51,981 nucleotides of DNA from Candidatus Dojkabacteria bacterium (lineage in GTDB: Bacteria > Patescibacteriota > Dojkabacteria > J137), in NCBI GenBank assembly GCA_030950485.1, contig JAUZRK010000008.1:1-51981 (forward strand). Reading direction: 5' to 3'. Within the stretch, counting starts at the first letter, position 1, and the number at the start of each line of letters is the position of its first letter. Below, piece by piece: positions 40,553 to 50,274 of the stretch. The notes under the pieces are model-generated. The model did no database searches, was not told the DNA's origin, and saw nothing but the letters and a program-made list of their open reading frames with translations. Both the position numbers and the translations under genes were made by a program.

Positions 40553-41674
40553 TCACCTACTCCTAAACTTATATGCGGGTAATTTTGAATTGCCTACATT
40601 TATTTTATAAGTATGAAATCTTAATGCAGGATGAGATATAGTTACATCATATTCACCCTCATATAGTTTTTCCTTAGTACTAAATCTACCATCGTCACCC
40701 GAAACTGTTTCTACAATATTACCTGTCTTTAATTCTTTAAAAGATATTTTAGCCCCTTCAACAAGATTGTTATTAGTATCTACAACTATTCCAAATACAT
40801 TCTGCGCAGGAGCTATTCTACGCCCCTCTTCATCCTCAACCATTCCAGCTGGTTCAGGGATAGCTTTTTTAGTAGGTGTTGAACTATCTCTATTCTCAGG
40901 GTTAGCTCCTTGTAGAACCTGAAATTGTTTATAAAGAAAGTTTATCTTATTAATCAATTCTTCTTCTTGCTCTTTTGTATGTTTATTTCTATATAAGTTA
41001 TTTAACTGTTTTTTTAATAAATTTATTTCATTTACATAATCATTTGCTGTTATTAATTTCTTTGGAGTTATAGTTTTCTTGTTTTGCTCAGACTTTACTT
41101 CTGCAGCTTTTTGAACATCCTCAGTATACGTTTCTCCTAAAATTCTAGATAAGTTAGAAGACCTGCTTGAGCCGGAACTACTTTTCCCAGCTAATTCTCT
41201 TAAATCATTTTCTACATTTGGATCTTTTGTGTTTTTTTTAGTTGTGCTGACAGATGAAAGAAGTTTACCAAGTGAAATCTCAGACAAATCTATTTTATCG
41301 TTATTCTTTGCTGAATTAACATTTATTTCATTTCGTAAATTAGCTTTTGGGTTTGCTGTTAATACCTCAGGTGCTCTACTCTTTTTTTTCCAAACATACC
41401 TTGGAGATATAAATAAAGCCTTCAAATACTGAGAAACCCAAGTCGAAAACTTAGGTACTAAAGCAGATCCTACACCTAATACGACACTCCCAATCATAAA
41501 CGGAAACTTAAGATACAAAGGGAGAGGAAGTAAATATAACCCAAGTGCAGATAGTGCTCCAAATAAAACCTTACTGAATTGCTTTAGAGAAAAGCTTCCG
41601 AATAGTTTAAAGTCTATTTCTATTACATTTTGTGGGACTGGGTGTTGTAGCCCAGTATCGTTTGAATCTGCCAT
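40553..41674 (-). CDS. PrgI-family membrane protein with C-terminal carboxypeptidase-regulatory-like domain
   Basis: QHPVPQNV...FKLFG.FSLKQF, two TMs, PRYVWKK; GIVVD...VEGA.I...DGRF C-terminus. Confidence 0.8.
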   Translation of the reverse strand: MADSNDTGLQHPVPQNVIEIDFKLFGSFSLKQFSKVLFGALSALGLYLLPLPLYLKFPFMIGSVVLGVGSALVPKFSTWVSQYLKALFISPRYVWKKKSRAPEVLTANPKANLRNEINVNSAKNNDKIDLSEISLGKLLSSVSTTKKNTKDPNVENDLRELAGKSSSGSSRSSNLSRILGETYTEDVQKAAEVKSEQNKKTITPKKLITANDYVNEINLLKKQLNNLYRNKHTKEQEEELINKINFLYKQFQVLQGANPENRDSSTPTKKAIPEPAGMVEDEEGRRIAPAQNVFGIVVDTNNNLVEGAKISFKELKTGNIVETVSGDDGRFSTKEKLYEGEYDVTISHPALRFHTYKINVGNSKLPAYKFRSR

Positions 41675-41770
41675 AATAATATCTATATCATTTAATCAAA
41701 ACTAACCCTATTAATCAATATACCTAATTTAGCAATTGATTTCTCTGTTGTTTACAAATATTATGTAAAT

Positions 41771-42874
41771 ATGACTGAAAACATTTTTCATATTACAGAC
41801 TCATTCTTTCACTCTGTACTCGACTCGATAGGTCACGATGTGATTATAGTATCTAATGATCTAGAGATGATGTATATGAATGTTGAGGCTAGTATTAATC
41901 TGTTTAGAAACTATGAACAGAAATCTAACGAGAATTTTTTACAAATGATAGCTGATTTAAAGAAGAGACTTAAAGTTGAGAATTCAGATGAATTAGATGA
42001 TTTAATTAAAAGTACAAGTAACGAGATAAACTTTATTACTAGTACTATTTTAATCAAATTGAACCAAAGAGGAGAGAAATTTTATGAAATTTCGACTTCA
42101 CCTATATACGATTCAAAAAAAGGACATCTTGGAAGGATTTGGCAGTTTAGAAATGTAACTGAACGAGAGACGATGGATACTATGAAAACAGAATTTATTT
42201 CTATAGCCTCACATCAACTTCGAACTCCACTTACTTCTATTAGAGGATATACCGACATGATTATCTCAGGTGATTTTGGTGAGGTAAATGAGGAATTAAA
42301 TGAACCATTAGACGCAATAAAAGTAGCTAGTTCTGAGATGGGAGAGCTTATTAATGATTTACTTAATATTAGTAGATTAGAACGAACAGATCAGGAAATC
42401 AAGATTGTAAAATTCAGTATAAAAGAGGTAATTAGTAAGGCTATTGATGAACTCTCAACTAAAGCCTTAGAAAAAAATACGACTTTAGATTTTATGGATA
42501 AGATTCAATTAGAAGTTGAAGTAGAGTCTGAACAAATAAGAGTAACTGAATCTATTAAAAATATTATTGATAATGCTATTAAATATAGCCCTGAGAAAAC
42601 AAAGGTAGAAATTAAATTAGAGAAACTGGGAAATGAAAGAATTAGAATTTCAGTAAAAGATCAAGGTATAGGAATTCCAGAAGATCAGCAAGATCACATA
42701 TTTCAGAAATTCTACAGGGCTACTAATGTGTTGACAGAGAATTTTGATGGGACTGGTTTAGGTTTATATTATGTTAAGAAATCAATTGAGGATTTAGGAG
42801 GTAAAGTTTATTTCGAATCTCAAGTTAATAATGGATCAACTTTTTATATAGAATTACCGTTAACGTATAAATAA
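41771..42874 (+). CDS. Soluble sensor histidine kinase (PAS-like, HisKA, HATPase)
   Basis: ASHQLRTPLT, NIIDNAIKYS, DQGIGI, FQKFYR and GTGLGL; no TM segment. Confidence 0.95.
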   Translation: MTENIFHITDSFFHSVLDSIGHDVIIVSNDLEMMYMNVEASINLFRNYEQKSNENFLQMIADLKKRLKVENSDELDDLIKSTSNEINFITSTILIKLNQRGEKFYEISTSPIYDSKKGHLGRIWQFRNVTERETMDTMKTEFISIASHQLRTPLTSIRGYTDMIISGDFGEVNEELNEPLDAIKVASSEMGELINDLLNISRLERTDQEIKIVKFSIKEVISKAIDELSTKALEKNTTLDFMDKIQLEVEVESEQIRVTESIKNIIDNAIKYSPEKTKVEIKLEKLGNERIRISVKDQGIGIPEDQQDHIFQKFYRATNVLTENFDGTGLGLYYVKKSIEDLGGKVYFESQVNNGSTFYIELPLTYK

Positions 42875-42875
42875 A

Positions 42876-45800
42876 ATGAAAAACAAGATTAAGTCATATA
42901 GTTTATTCATCCCTACTTTTATTCTAGTACTTATATTAATTAGTAGTGGATTAACAGGGGTTTTTGCACAAAATCAAAATTCGTTCGGACAGAATAAAAA
43001 AAATGAAGAGCAAGTTTATAATGGTCTAACAATCACACAAAGTGTTAATCAAGAAGTCTTTGAGACTGATATTGATAATAATAGTGTTACATACTCTATA
43101 GATATTACTAATAATAACGAGTGCGTAAATAATTATGACGTAGTTTTTGTTTTCGATGAATCTGATTATATGGCAAAAGGAGGTGGTGATCCTCTTCAAC
43201 CGTCTACAAGATCAAAAGAAAGTGCAAAATTATTTGTAGACAGTTTTATAAGACATGATGATCATCTAGCTTTAGTTGGTTATGGGAATAGGGTTAAAAG
43301 ACATTCGCCTCTACCAAGTGATGTAACTGCGATTAAACAGCTTATTGATAAGAGAGATTCTAACGGAGGATCAAATTTATACGAAGCATTACTATTAGCT
43401 CAAGATGAATTAACATCTCCAAGGGCTAGGGCTTCTGTTGAACAGATAGTGTTCATTGTTGCTGGAGGTAATCCGACTGAGCCCTCAAATGATTTAAATG
43501 AAAATAAAACTTTAGCATCAAACGTAGCTTATGCACTTAAATCAACTGGAGTTGAAGTTATAACAATAGGGACTGGACTTGCTGAAGATACAGATACATC
43601 GTTCTTTACCAATCTAAGTTCTCCAGGTCAATTTTACTGGGCTCCTAGTGATTATCAAATTACTCAAATATATCAAAATTTAGCTAGCAGTCTATCAGGT
43701 AGTTCTTCTGCAACTGTAGCTTGGGATGATGTCTCTAGTTTATTAGGAGTTGCAGAGCTTGTTAGTATAAGTGGAAATGGAAGACTAGAAAATGGTCAAG
43801 TAATTTGGGACTTAGGAGATGTTGAATGTGGAGCTTCTGTACAATTAAGCTATACTTTTGACTTTAATAGTAATTTATCCGATGAATATATTAGAAAAAA
43901 TATAATTAAAGCAACGAATTCTACTTCAGAGATTTATTCATCTAATGAATTAACAATTACAGCAACAAGTCCTTGGTTAGAAGGATCTATAACAGATAAT
44001 ACTGAAAAGATTAGTAAGACTACAAATCTTACATATGACGTATCTGTAGAAAATATAGGGAAAAGTACTAGTAGAAATGTAACTGCTAGTGTTAGTTTCC
44101 CAGACTATATTGAAATAATAAGCTCTGATATTGAAGATGCTGTGATTAATGGTAATCAAATTAGTTGGAGTATTAATGAGTTAAATAAAGACGAGGTAAT
44201 CAACTACAAAATAGAAACTGTTGCTAACATTGCAAATGAAGTTACTTCAGGCCAAATATTAGCTCCTCTTTCATTAACTAACGAAAGTCAGGAGTTTAGT
44301 ACGAGTGATTTAACATTAATAGAAAAAGAAAATACTGCTAATTATTCATTATTCGCGAAGTGTATTGAAATTAGCGGAGATAAAATGGACGTATATTTTG
44401 GATATAACAATAGGTTAAACTCTACGCAAACTCTAACATCTAGTAATATTATTACAGGATCTGGAGATAATGCAGAAGGCAATGTACCATTAGAATTATT
44501 AGCAGGCGTAAATGATCTAGATGACCCAATAACGTTAAGTAAGAATGATTCATTATCTTGGGTTGCCGAGATAAATGATTATAGTAAATCTGTAAGCATT
44601 AATAATACTTTTGATTCTTGCCAAAGCGATGATGACCAGCAAGATGATGAACAAGATGAAGATAATAACGATGATCAACAAGATGACGAGCAAGATGAAG
44701 ATAATAACGATGATCAACAAGATGACGAGCAAGATGAAGATAATAATGATGATCACCAAGATGACGAGCAAGATGAAGATAATAATGATGATCAACAAGA
44801 TGACGAGCAAGATGAAGATAATAATGATGATCAACAAGATGACGAGCAAGATGAAGATAATAATGATGATCAACAAGATGACGAGCAAGATGAAGATAAT
44901 AACGATGATCAACAAGATGACGAGCAAGAAAACGAATCAGAAAATGAGCCCAATATAATAGTTCAAACACCTTCTCTAGTACTGTTCCCTATTAATGTAC
45001 GAGTAACTTCAGAAACTCCAATAAGTAATAATCAGATTGTTACAGATGTTGAATTTGTTAGAAATGAATTAATAAATGTTTCGCTAGAAAATGCAGTAGT
45101 TGAATCAAACTGTATAGACAAATCATTTGAACTTAAAAATGGTTTGATCAATTCAAATACTAATATACTTGGTGTTGATTATTCTATAGATGGTGGAAAT
45201 AATTGGTTTCCAAACGCAGATCTAAAAGGTTTAGGAACTAAGAATGTAGAAATTAACTTTAAAACAAATAGAAAGGAAGACAAGCTATACAATATTACTT
45301 TTAGAGCGAGAACTAGCAATGGTTCTGAGACTAGCTTTAGCGGTCTAGATTTCTTACATCAATGTAATGGTGAGAAAAAAATATTAGCTCATTATTTTGA
45401 GAATGGATTTACCCCAGCAATAATAAATAAAGAAGGAGAATTGATAATAAATCAATCATTGCCTTTAATTCTACATGTTGAAACATTAGGTGGTGTCGAA
45501 AACTTAGAACTACGGTTGTATAACACTAGTGAAATAGATAATATTGATTATAAAACAGTTAATTTGGACTTTGATTTTGCTACAGAACTATGGTCTTCTA
45601 AAATTGATCCTAAGAATTTCAGGGATGGATACGTTTATCCTGTATTAGTTGCTGATAATACTATTTTCAAATCACTTAAGAAAGCAAATATTGAAACATC
45701 AATTATTGCAGAAGAAGAACAAGCTGATAATAATTTAAATTTTGAGGTTTATTATTTCAATGAATATGAATGGGAAAAGCTTGAATATAATGAATATAAT

Positions 45801-46472
45801 CTAGATCAAAACAAGAAAAGCTCAATAAGATTAACTCTATTTCCTGGTGAATACTTTGTTGAAGTAAATGAAAATGGTAGTAAGAAATATAGTGATAAAT
45901 TTATTCTTGAAAAGACTTCAATAGTTAACATAAAGAATAAAAAAAACTTGCCAAGTATTTTTGGTTTCTTTCAATCATTATTAACTAATCTAGAAATAGA
46001 AATTTATTCTGGTGATTCATATGTTTCTGATGACTTTAGTTACAATAGAGAAACTGGGAAATTAGCTGAGACATATAGAACTGCTCTTAATAATGTCTTA
46101 TTTGAGAGTGCGGACGATGAAATGATATTAGTCAGTTACTGGACAAGATGGGATCCCTACTCAACAGAGAGGCTCTCATTGCTTGGTAAAATAAAAAATA
46201 AAATAAATGATGAGTCAATAGGAAATCGAGAAGTAGTAATTTTTGTAGATGAAAAGAATTTTGATGAATTAGAAAGAAGTCTTGATCTATTAGATTTAGA
46301 TCTAAGGGTTATTCAAATCACTAATCCTGAAATATTAAATAATCTAAGTCGAGATCCATCAAGCTTTAGTATTTATGATAATGGATTAAAAAGTATTTTA
46401 GTTACAAATGGATATAGTAACTTAGAGAATTACAGTGAAGAATTAAGTAACTTAAATTTTATTGATTTATAG
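42876..46472 (+). CDS. Large secreted protein: vWA domain, DUF11-like Ig domains, acidic repeat, Cys-less thioredoxin-like C-terminus
   Basis: Signal/TM; DVVFVFDESDYM...GGSNLYEAL (vWA); LTYDVSVENIG (DUF11-like); ILVSYWTRWDPYS resembling TlpA FWAxWCxxC. Confidence 0.8.
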   Translation: MKNKIKSYSLFIPTFILVLILISSGLTGVFAQNQNSFGQNKKNEEQVYNGLTITQSVNQEVFETDIDNNSVTYSIDITNNNECVNNYDVVFVFDESDYMAKGGGDPLQPSTRSKESAKLFVDSFIRHDDHLALVGYGNRVKRHSPLPSDVTAIKQLIDKRDSNGGSNLYEALLLAQDELTSPRARASVEQIVFIVAGGNPTEPSNDLNENKTLASNVAYALKSTGVEVITIGTGLAEDTDTSFFTNLSSPGQFYWAPSDYQITQIYQNLASSLSGSSSATVAWDDVSSLLGVAELVSISGNGRLENGQVIWDLGDVECGASVQLSYTFDFNSNLSDEYIRKNIIKATNSTSEIYSSNELTITATSPWLEGSITDNTEKISKTTNLTYDVSVENIGKSTSRNVTASVSFPDYIEIISSDIEDAVINGNQISWSINELNKDEVINYKIETVANIANEVTSGQILAPLSLTNESQEFSTSDLTLIEKENTANYSLFAKCIEISGDKMDVYFGYNNRLNSTQTLTSSNIITGSGDNAEGNVPLELLAGVNDLDDPITLSKNDSLSWVAEINDYSKSVSINNTFDSCQSDDDQQDDEQDEDNNDDQQDDEQDEDNNDDQQDDEQDEDNNDDHQDDEQDEDNNDDQQDDEQDEDNNDDQQDDEQDEDNNDDQQDDEQDEDNNDDQQDDEQENESENEPNIIVQTPSLVLFPINVRVTSETPISNNQIVTDVEFVRNELINVSLENAVVESNCIDKSFELKNGLINSNTNILGVDYSIDGGNNWFPNADLKGLGTKNVEINFKTNRKEDKLYNITFRARTSNGSETSFSGLDFLHQCNGEKKILAHYFENGFTPAIINKEGELIINQSLPLILHVETLGGVENLELRLYNTSEIDNIDYKTVNLDFDFATELWSSKIDPKNFRDGYVYPVLVADNTIFKSLKKANIETSIIAEEEQADNNLNFEVYYFNEYEWEKLEYNEYNLDQNKKSSIRLTLFPGEYFVEVNENGSKKYSDKFILEKTSIVNIKNKKNLPSIFGFFQSLLTNLEIEIYSGDSYVSDDFSYNRETGKLAETYRTALNNVLFESADDEMILVSYWTRWDPYSTERLSLLGKIKNKINDESIGNREVVIFVDEKNFDELERSLDLLDLDLRVIQITNPEILNNLSRDPSSFSIYDNGLKSILVTNGYSNLENYSEELSNLNFIDL
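44631..44927 (+). repeat. Coding tandem repeat, 39-bp unit, 7 full copies plus a partial
   Basis: GATGATCAACAAGATGACGAGCAAGATGAAGATAATAAY encoding DDQQDDEQDEDNN. Confidence 0.97.
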
Positions 46473-46473
46473 A

Positions 46474-48090
46474 ATGTTTGATAATCTATTATATTTGAAT
46501 TTGTATCTTGCTGCTAATTCCTTAGCAGCTTTAGGTTTCTTTACGTTTGCTTGGTTATATTTCGATCTATTCTTAAAGCAAAAAGAGCAAAGGTTTAATT
46601 TAGTTAAAACTATTGGAAGTATCTTGATTGCAATATCCTTTCTAGTTCCTATTGTGGAAAATATTAGAAAAGAAGAGATTTATGTTGATGTACCATTTCT
46701 GACAATAGCTTTATTAAGCTTAGGATTAGTACTATTAGCACTTTCAAATTTATTACAAATTGTGCCTGGGTTACCGGATCTAAAGAAGACTAAAAAGAAG
46801 CATTATGATCATAAAAAGAGAAAAATTCTTCAATATCTATTGATTGTACTATTCTCGCCAATTAGTTTTTTAATGGCTTTACTTCTTACCTTACAAAATT
46901 ACTATAAAGTTAAACATGGAAAAAGTAATGAGTTTAAGCCTTTAATTTTAATTTGGAGCTTATTATCTATTGTATTTCTTTTTTTAAGTTTACAATATTT
47001 TGGAGAGCATATTTCTACTTGGATCGAAGTTAATATTGCAGCTTATACAATTTATTCAATTATAGCTAATTTAATATTAGTAGTATCGATAATACTGCTC
47101 TTTTATTGGATTTTTAGGTTTATATCTTTTAGAGCTTTTTCAAAGATTTATTTAAGTATTTGGCAGTTAACTCTTTTTTTAAGTATTGCTATTGCAACAG
47201 TATTTACTTTTATAAATATTAAATCTAGCGAAGATCAGATTTATAGACTTCTTGGAGATAACTCAGAACTTATTTCGTTTAACTTTAGCGAGCTTATTAA
47301 TACAACTAGTGATGTTCTTACTGTTCTTTCAGACAGTGAAAGCATTCAAACGGCTATAAGTTCTAAAGATACTGTAAAGCTTAATAAAGAATTTAGTAAC
47401 TTTATAAATAAAAATTCTAATATTGATAAAGTTATAGTAACCGATAGTTCAGGTATTCTTGTTTTTGATAGTGAGAGAACGAATGCTTTTGGAGAGATTA
47501 AGTCTGATATTGAGACTATTAGTAATGTAATTGAAACTGGAACTCCAAATTCAAAATACTATGTTGAAAAATTAAGAGTTAATTCTGAAAGACTCACTCA
47601 ATATCTTTCATATCCTGTAATAAGAAATGATACTTTAATTGGAACTATAACTTCAGTAAAGAGATTTGATGATATATATTTAGATAATCTTAAAGAAGAA
47701 ACTGATCAGGAATTAATCATTTATGTAAACGATAAGCGAACTGCTAGCACTATATTAGAATCTGATGGAATAAGTAGATTAGAAAATCTTCCTAAGTTAA
47801 ATTTTGAGATAGAAAGAACTGAAAAAAGTGAGGGACAAACAATAGAATTTGGAAAAGCTAATATTTTAAATACGCCTTATTATATTGCTAGTCTTAAGCT
47901 AAGTTATGTAGATGAAGATAGCTCAGACATTAATCATGATATTGTTGTAGCTACTAAGCAAACAACTTTAATAGAGTCTACTCAGAAGTCACTAGAGAGA
48001 ACATTTCTATTAGCTATTGCTATAAGTATTCTTGCGACAATTCCAAGTTATTTCCTAGCAAAAAATTTAGAAAAGAACTTATCTTCGTAG
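46474..48090 (+). CDS. Polytopic membrane protein with extracytoplasmic Cache-like domain and no cytoplasmic output domain
   Basis: About seven N-terminal TMs, VIVTDSSG...YPVIRNDTLIGTI...D..YLDNLK, final TM then stop about ten residues later; start reassigned to ATG 46474. Confidence 0.75.
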   Translation: MFDNLLYLNLYLAANSLAALGFFTFAWLYFDLFLKQKEQRFNLVKTIGSILIAISFLVPIVENIRKEEIYVDVPFLTIALLSLGLVLLALSNLLQIVPGLPDLKKTKKKHYDHKKRKILQYLLIVLFSPISFLMALLLTLQNYYKVKHGKSNEFKPLILIWSLLSIVFLFLSLQYFGEHISTWIEVNIAAYTIYSIIANLILVVSIILLFYWIFRFISFRAFSKIYLSIWQLTLFLSIAIATVFTFINIKSSEDQIYRLLGDNSELISFNFSELINTTSDVLTVLSDSESIQTAISSKDTVKLNKEFSNFINKNSNIDKVIVTDSSGILVFDSERTNAFGEIKSDIETISNVIETGTPNSKYYVEKLRVNSERLTQYLSYPVIRNDTLIGTITSVKRFDDIYLDNLKEETDQELIIYVNDKRTASTILESDGISRLENLPKLNFEIERTEKSEGQTIEFGKANILNTPYYIASLKLSYVDEDSSDINHDIVVATKQTTLIESTQKSLERTFLLAIAISILATIPSYFLAKNLEKNLSS

Positions 48091-48396
48091 AAACTATGAA
48101 TAAAATTAGCCTAACAATATTAATCTGTTTAGCAATAATAGGAGCTGCGGTTTATGTTTTCTTCTTAAATGATAAATCAGAAAACCCAGATGATTATTCG
48201 TATACAGAATCATATGATACAGAGAATTCATGTTATCCTGCTAATTCAATTATTCCTATTAGCATAGACGATAATTATAATTATAAATGCTGCGATGGTT
48301 CTAAAGAATTAGATCCAAAAAGTGATGATTTAGGAGTAAAAGGATATTGTATTCCAAACTAGGATTATTTAACTAAATATAAAAGAACTTATCTTC
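48071..48396 (+). repeat. 16-bp direct repeat flanking the 88-aa ORF
   Basis: AAAAGAACTTATCTTC at 48071-48086 and 48381-48396. Confidence 0.85.
48096..48362 (+). CDS. Small membrane-anchored or secreted Cys-rich protein
   Basis: N-terminal hydrophobic helix; C...CC...C pattern in the C-terminal half. Confidence 0.7.
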   Translation: MNKISLTILICLAIIGAAVYVFFLNDKSENPDDYSYTESYDTENSCYPANSIIPISIDDNYNYKCCDGSKELDPKSDDLGVKGYCIPN

Positions 48397-48417
48397 AATT
48401 AAGAAGATAAGTTCTTT
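48382..48417. terminator. Bidirectional terminator hairpin
   Basis: 15-bp stem AAAGAACTTATCTTC/GAAGATAAGTTCTTT between convergent genes. Confidence 0.8.
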
Positions 48418-48439
48418 AAATTTGTTTAACTCTATTTTC

Positions 48440-48868
48440 TTAACCAATTACAAGTGATTTTTTACCTGTAGCTTCTAGTTTTTCCTTAATCTCTGAAACT
48501 ACGTCTGCTGGAACTAATTCACTTTTAATTAAATAGCTTACAGCTCCTAGCTCTAATGCTCTTTCTACATATTCTTGATTAGATACATTAGAAAGCATAA
48601 TTACTGGAATATGTTTTGTTTCTTCATGTTCTTTTAATTGAGATAGTACTGTTAGTCCATCCATCTCAGGCATCATGACGTCACATACAATTAGCTCAGG
48701 TTGTTCACTTAAAGCGACTTCTAAACCATTTTTTCCGTTTGTTGAAGTTATACATTCGAAACCGTCATGTTCTAATTTCTTAGAATACATTCTTGTTAGT
48801 AATCCTTCGTCTTCAATTAGTAGAATTACTGGTTTTGTTCTTAAGCTATTTTTATTTTCTTCTGCCAT
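48440..48868 (-). CDS. Single-domain response regulator
   Basis: LLIEDE, CDVMMPEMDG (phospho-Asp), LSN, YLIK; no output domain. Confidence 0.95.
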   Translation of the reverse strand: MAEENKNSLRTKPVILLIEDEGLLTRMYSKKLEHDGFECITSTNGKNGLEVALSEQPELIVCDVMMPEMDGLTVLSQLKEHEETKHIPVIMLSNVSNQEYVERALELGAVSYLIKSELVPADVVSEIKEKLEATGKKSLVIG

Positions 48869-48991
48869 TTTATTTATTCTTTAATTACAATATTAGTATA
48901 CAGGGATATTTAATACATAATCAAGTTAATGCAATATATTGTCATTATTAACTGTAATTAGGTTTATTTTTAAATAATTAATGTGTAATTC

Positions 48992-49561
48992 TTAGCTAGT
49001 TGTCTTCTTCAATATAAGCTCAGGTTTTCCAGCATCCATTTCTTCAAAGTCTTTAAAACCTAATGAATCTATAAATTTATAAATTTCTTTCTTTTTCAAA
49101 ATAGCTTCATCCTCACTTATATCATTTAAAAGTTCAACTTCTAGAAAAAGTCCTAAATTTTTCACTTCCTCTAATACAATTTCGTATTCTGGATGTTTAA
49201 AATAAGTTTTGCTGTTATCGATAATAATAAGTACTTCTAAACCTAAATGATTCAGAATATGCTTCATATCTTCTGAAGAAGAAACCTTAAGTTCAATTTC
49301 ATCTGAATATAACCATTTCCCTTCTTCATCAAACTTATCTAGTTTATAAGTAAGCTTTGAAAGATTATCATTAATTGTTCTAACTCTAAATGAGTTATTT
49401 AATCTTAAATTTTCATCAGGCGATAATTTATCTCTTAATGGGTCAAAGTAGTATGTATCTATAATATGAGATGTTTTAGATTGCTCGAAATTTAATAATA
49501 CTTCTTTTGCTTCATTAACTTTAATATTATTTAGTTTTACTAGTATTTCTAATTCAATCAT
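48992..49561 (-). CDS. CYTH-domain protein (class IV adenylate cyclase-like)
   Basis: MIELEI, DTYY, RVR, LTYK and LGLFLEVE. Confidence 0.88.
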   Translation of the reverse strand: MIELEILVKLNNIKVNEAKEVLLNFEQSKTSHIIDTYYFDPLRDKLSPDENLRLNNSFRVRTINDNLSKLTYKLDKFDEEGKWLYSDEIELKVSSSEDMKHILNHLGLEVLIIIDNSKTYFKHPEYEIVLEEVKNLGLFLEVELLNDISEDEAILKKKEIYKFIDSLGFKDFEEMDAGKPELILKKTTS

Positions 49562-49632
49562 TGATAAATATCTAATTTTTTACATACGTAAATTTTTGTA
49601 GGTCTGACATTATGATATAAAATCTTTATTTT

Positions 49633-50037
49633 TTACTTTGTCAGCTCGGGATATCTATCTGAATTTTCTAGATAATATGGAATTTTTGGATAATTATCAT
49701 CTACTTCTATAAATTCAACGTAATCACCATTTAAAAAACTACCCCATTTGTTAGTTTTAGCTCGTTGTAGTTCTTCAACTTTATTTACATCTAAGTTAAG
49801 CACTTTAATAGGTGTTTCTATTATATCGTATAGATCTCCAACCTCTTTAAAAAATTCTTCACTCACAACATCGCCATCCATACTTAATACCTCTTTAGAT
49901 TCTTCAATCAGTTTCCTAAGTAATTCTTTAACATGCTCATTTTTATTTAGCTTTCTTGTTTTAGGCTGAGCACCAAGTCTTACCATGTCACTAACTATAT
50001 TATCTCTGACCAATTTTTCAAATTTGAATTTTCTCAT
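49633..50037 (-). CDS. MazG-like nucleoside triphosphate pyrophosphohydrolase
   Basis: KLVRDNI, KLIEESKE, EVGDLYDII and K..KWGSF. Confidence 0.8.
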   Translation of the reverse strand: MRKFKFEKLVRDNIVSDMVRLGAQPKTRKLNKNEHVKELLRKLIEESKEVLSMDGDVVSEEFFKEVGDLYDIIETPIKVLNLDVNKVEELQRAKTNKWGSFLNGDYVEFIEVDDNYPKIPYYLENSDRYPELTK

Positions 50038-50201
50038 ATTTAAGTTGAATATATATTAATATAATACCATTGTTGAAAAGTCAGAAAAAGAAAACAATGA
50101 GCTTAAGACTTTTTTTGGAGTCTGCTACTGTAAGTTTATTTCTTTCGAAATTAATTGGGTATCAAGTATAAAAGATGATGCTAGTCAGTCTTGAGTATTA
50201 T

Positions 50202-50214
50202 CTGGCGGGAGTGA
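50202..50214 (-). other. Copy of the tRNA-Asp 3' end (att-like site)
   Basis: CTGGCGGGAGTGA is identical to 51437-51449, which spans the CCA end and acceptor 3' strand. Confidence 0.7.
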
Positions 50215-50274
50215 TGGGTTGAGTTTTGAAAAGCTATTTTTGGTATTTAAAGAAGTATTTGAGCTAAGAACTAA

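Noticed and set aside
44631-44927. Possible CRISPR array
   Set aside because: Units are contiguous with no unique spacers, in frame within a CDS, and no cas genes are nearby.
44553-44970. Repetitive ORFs 44553-44927, 44599-44970 and 44611-44958
   Set aside because: Alternative-frame readings of the 39-bp coding repeat.
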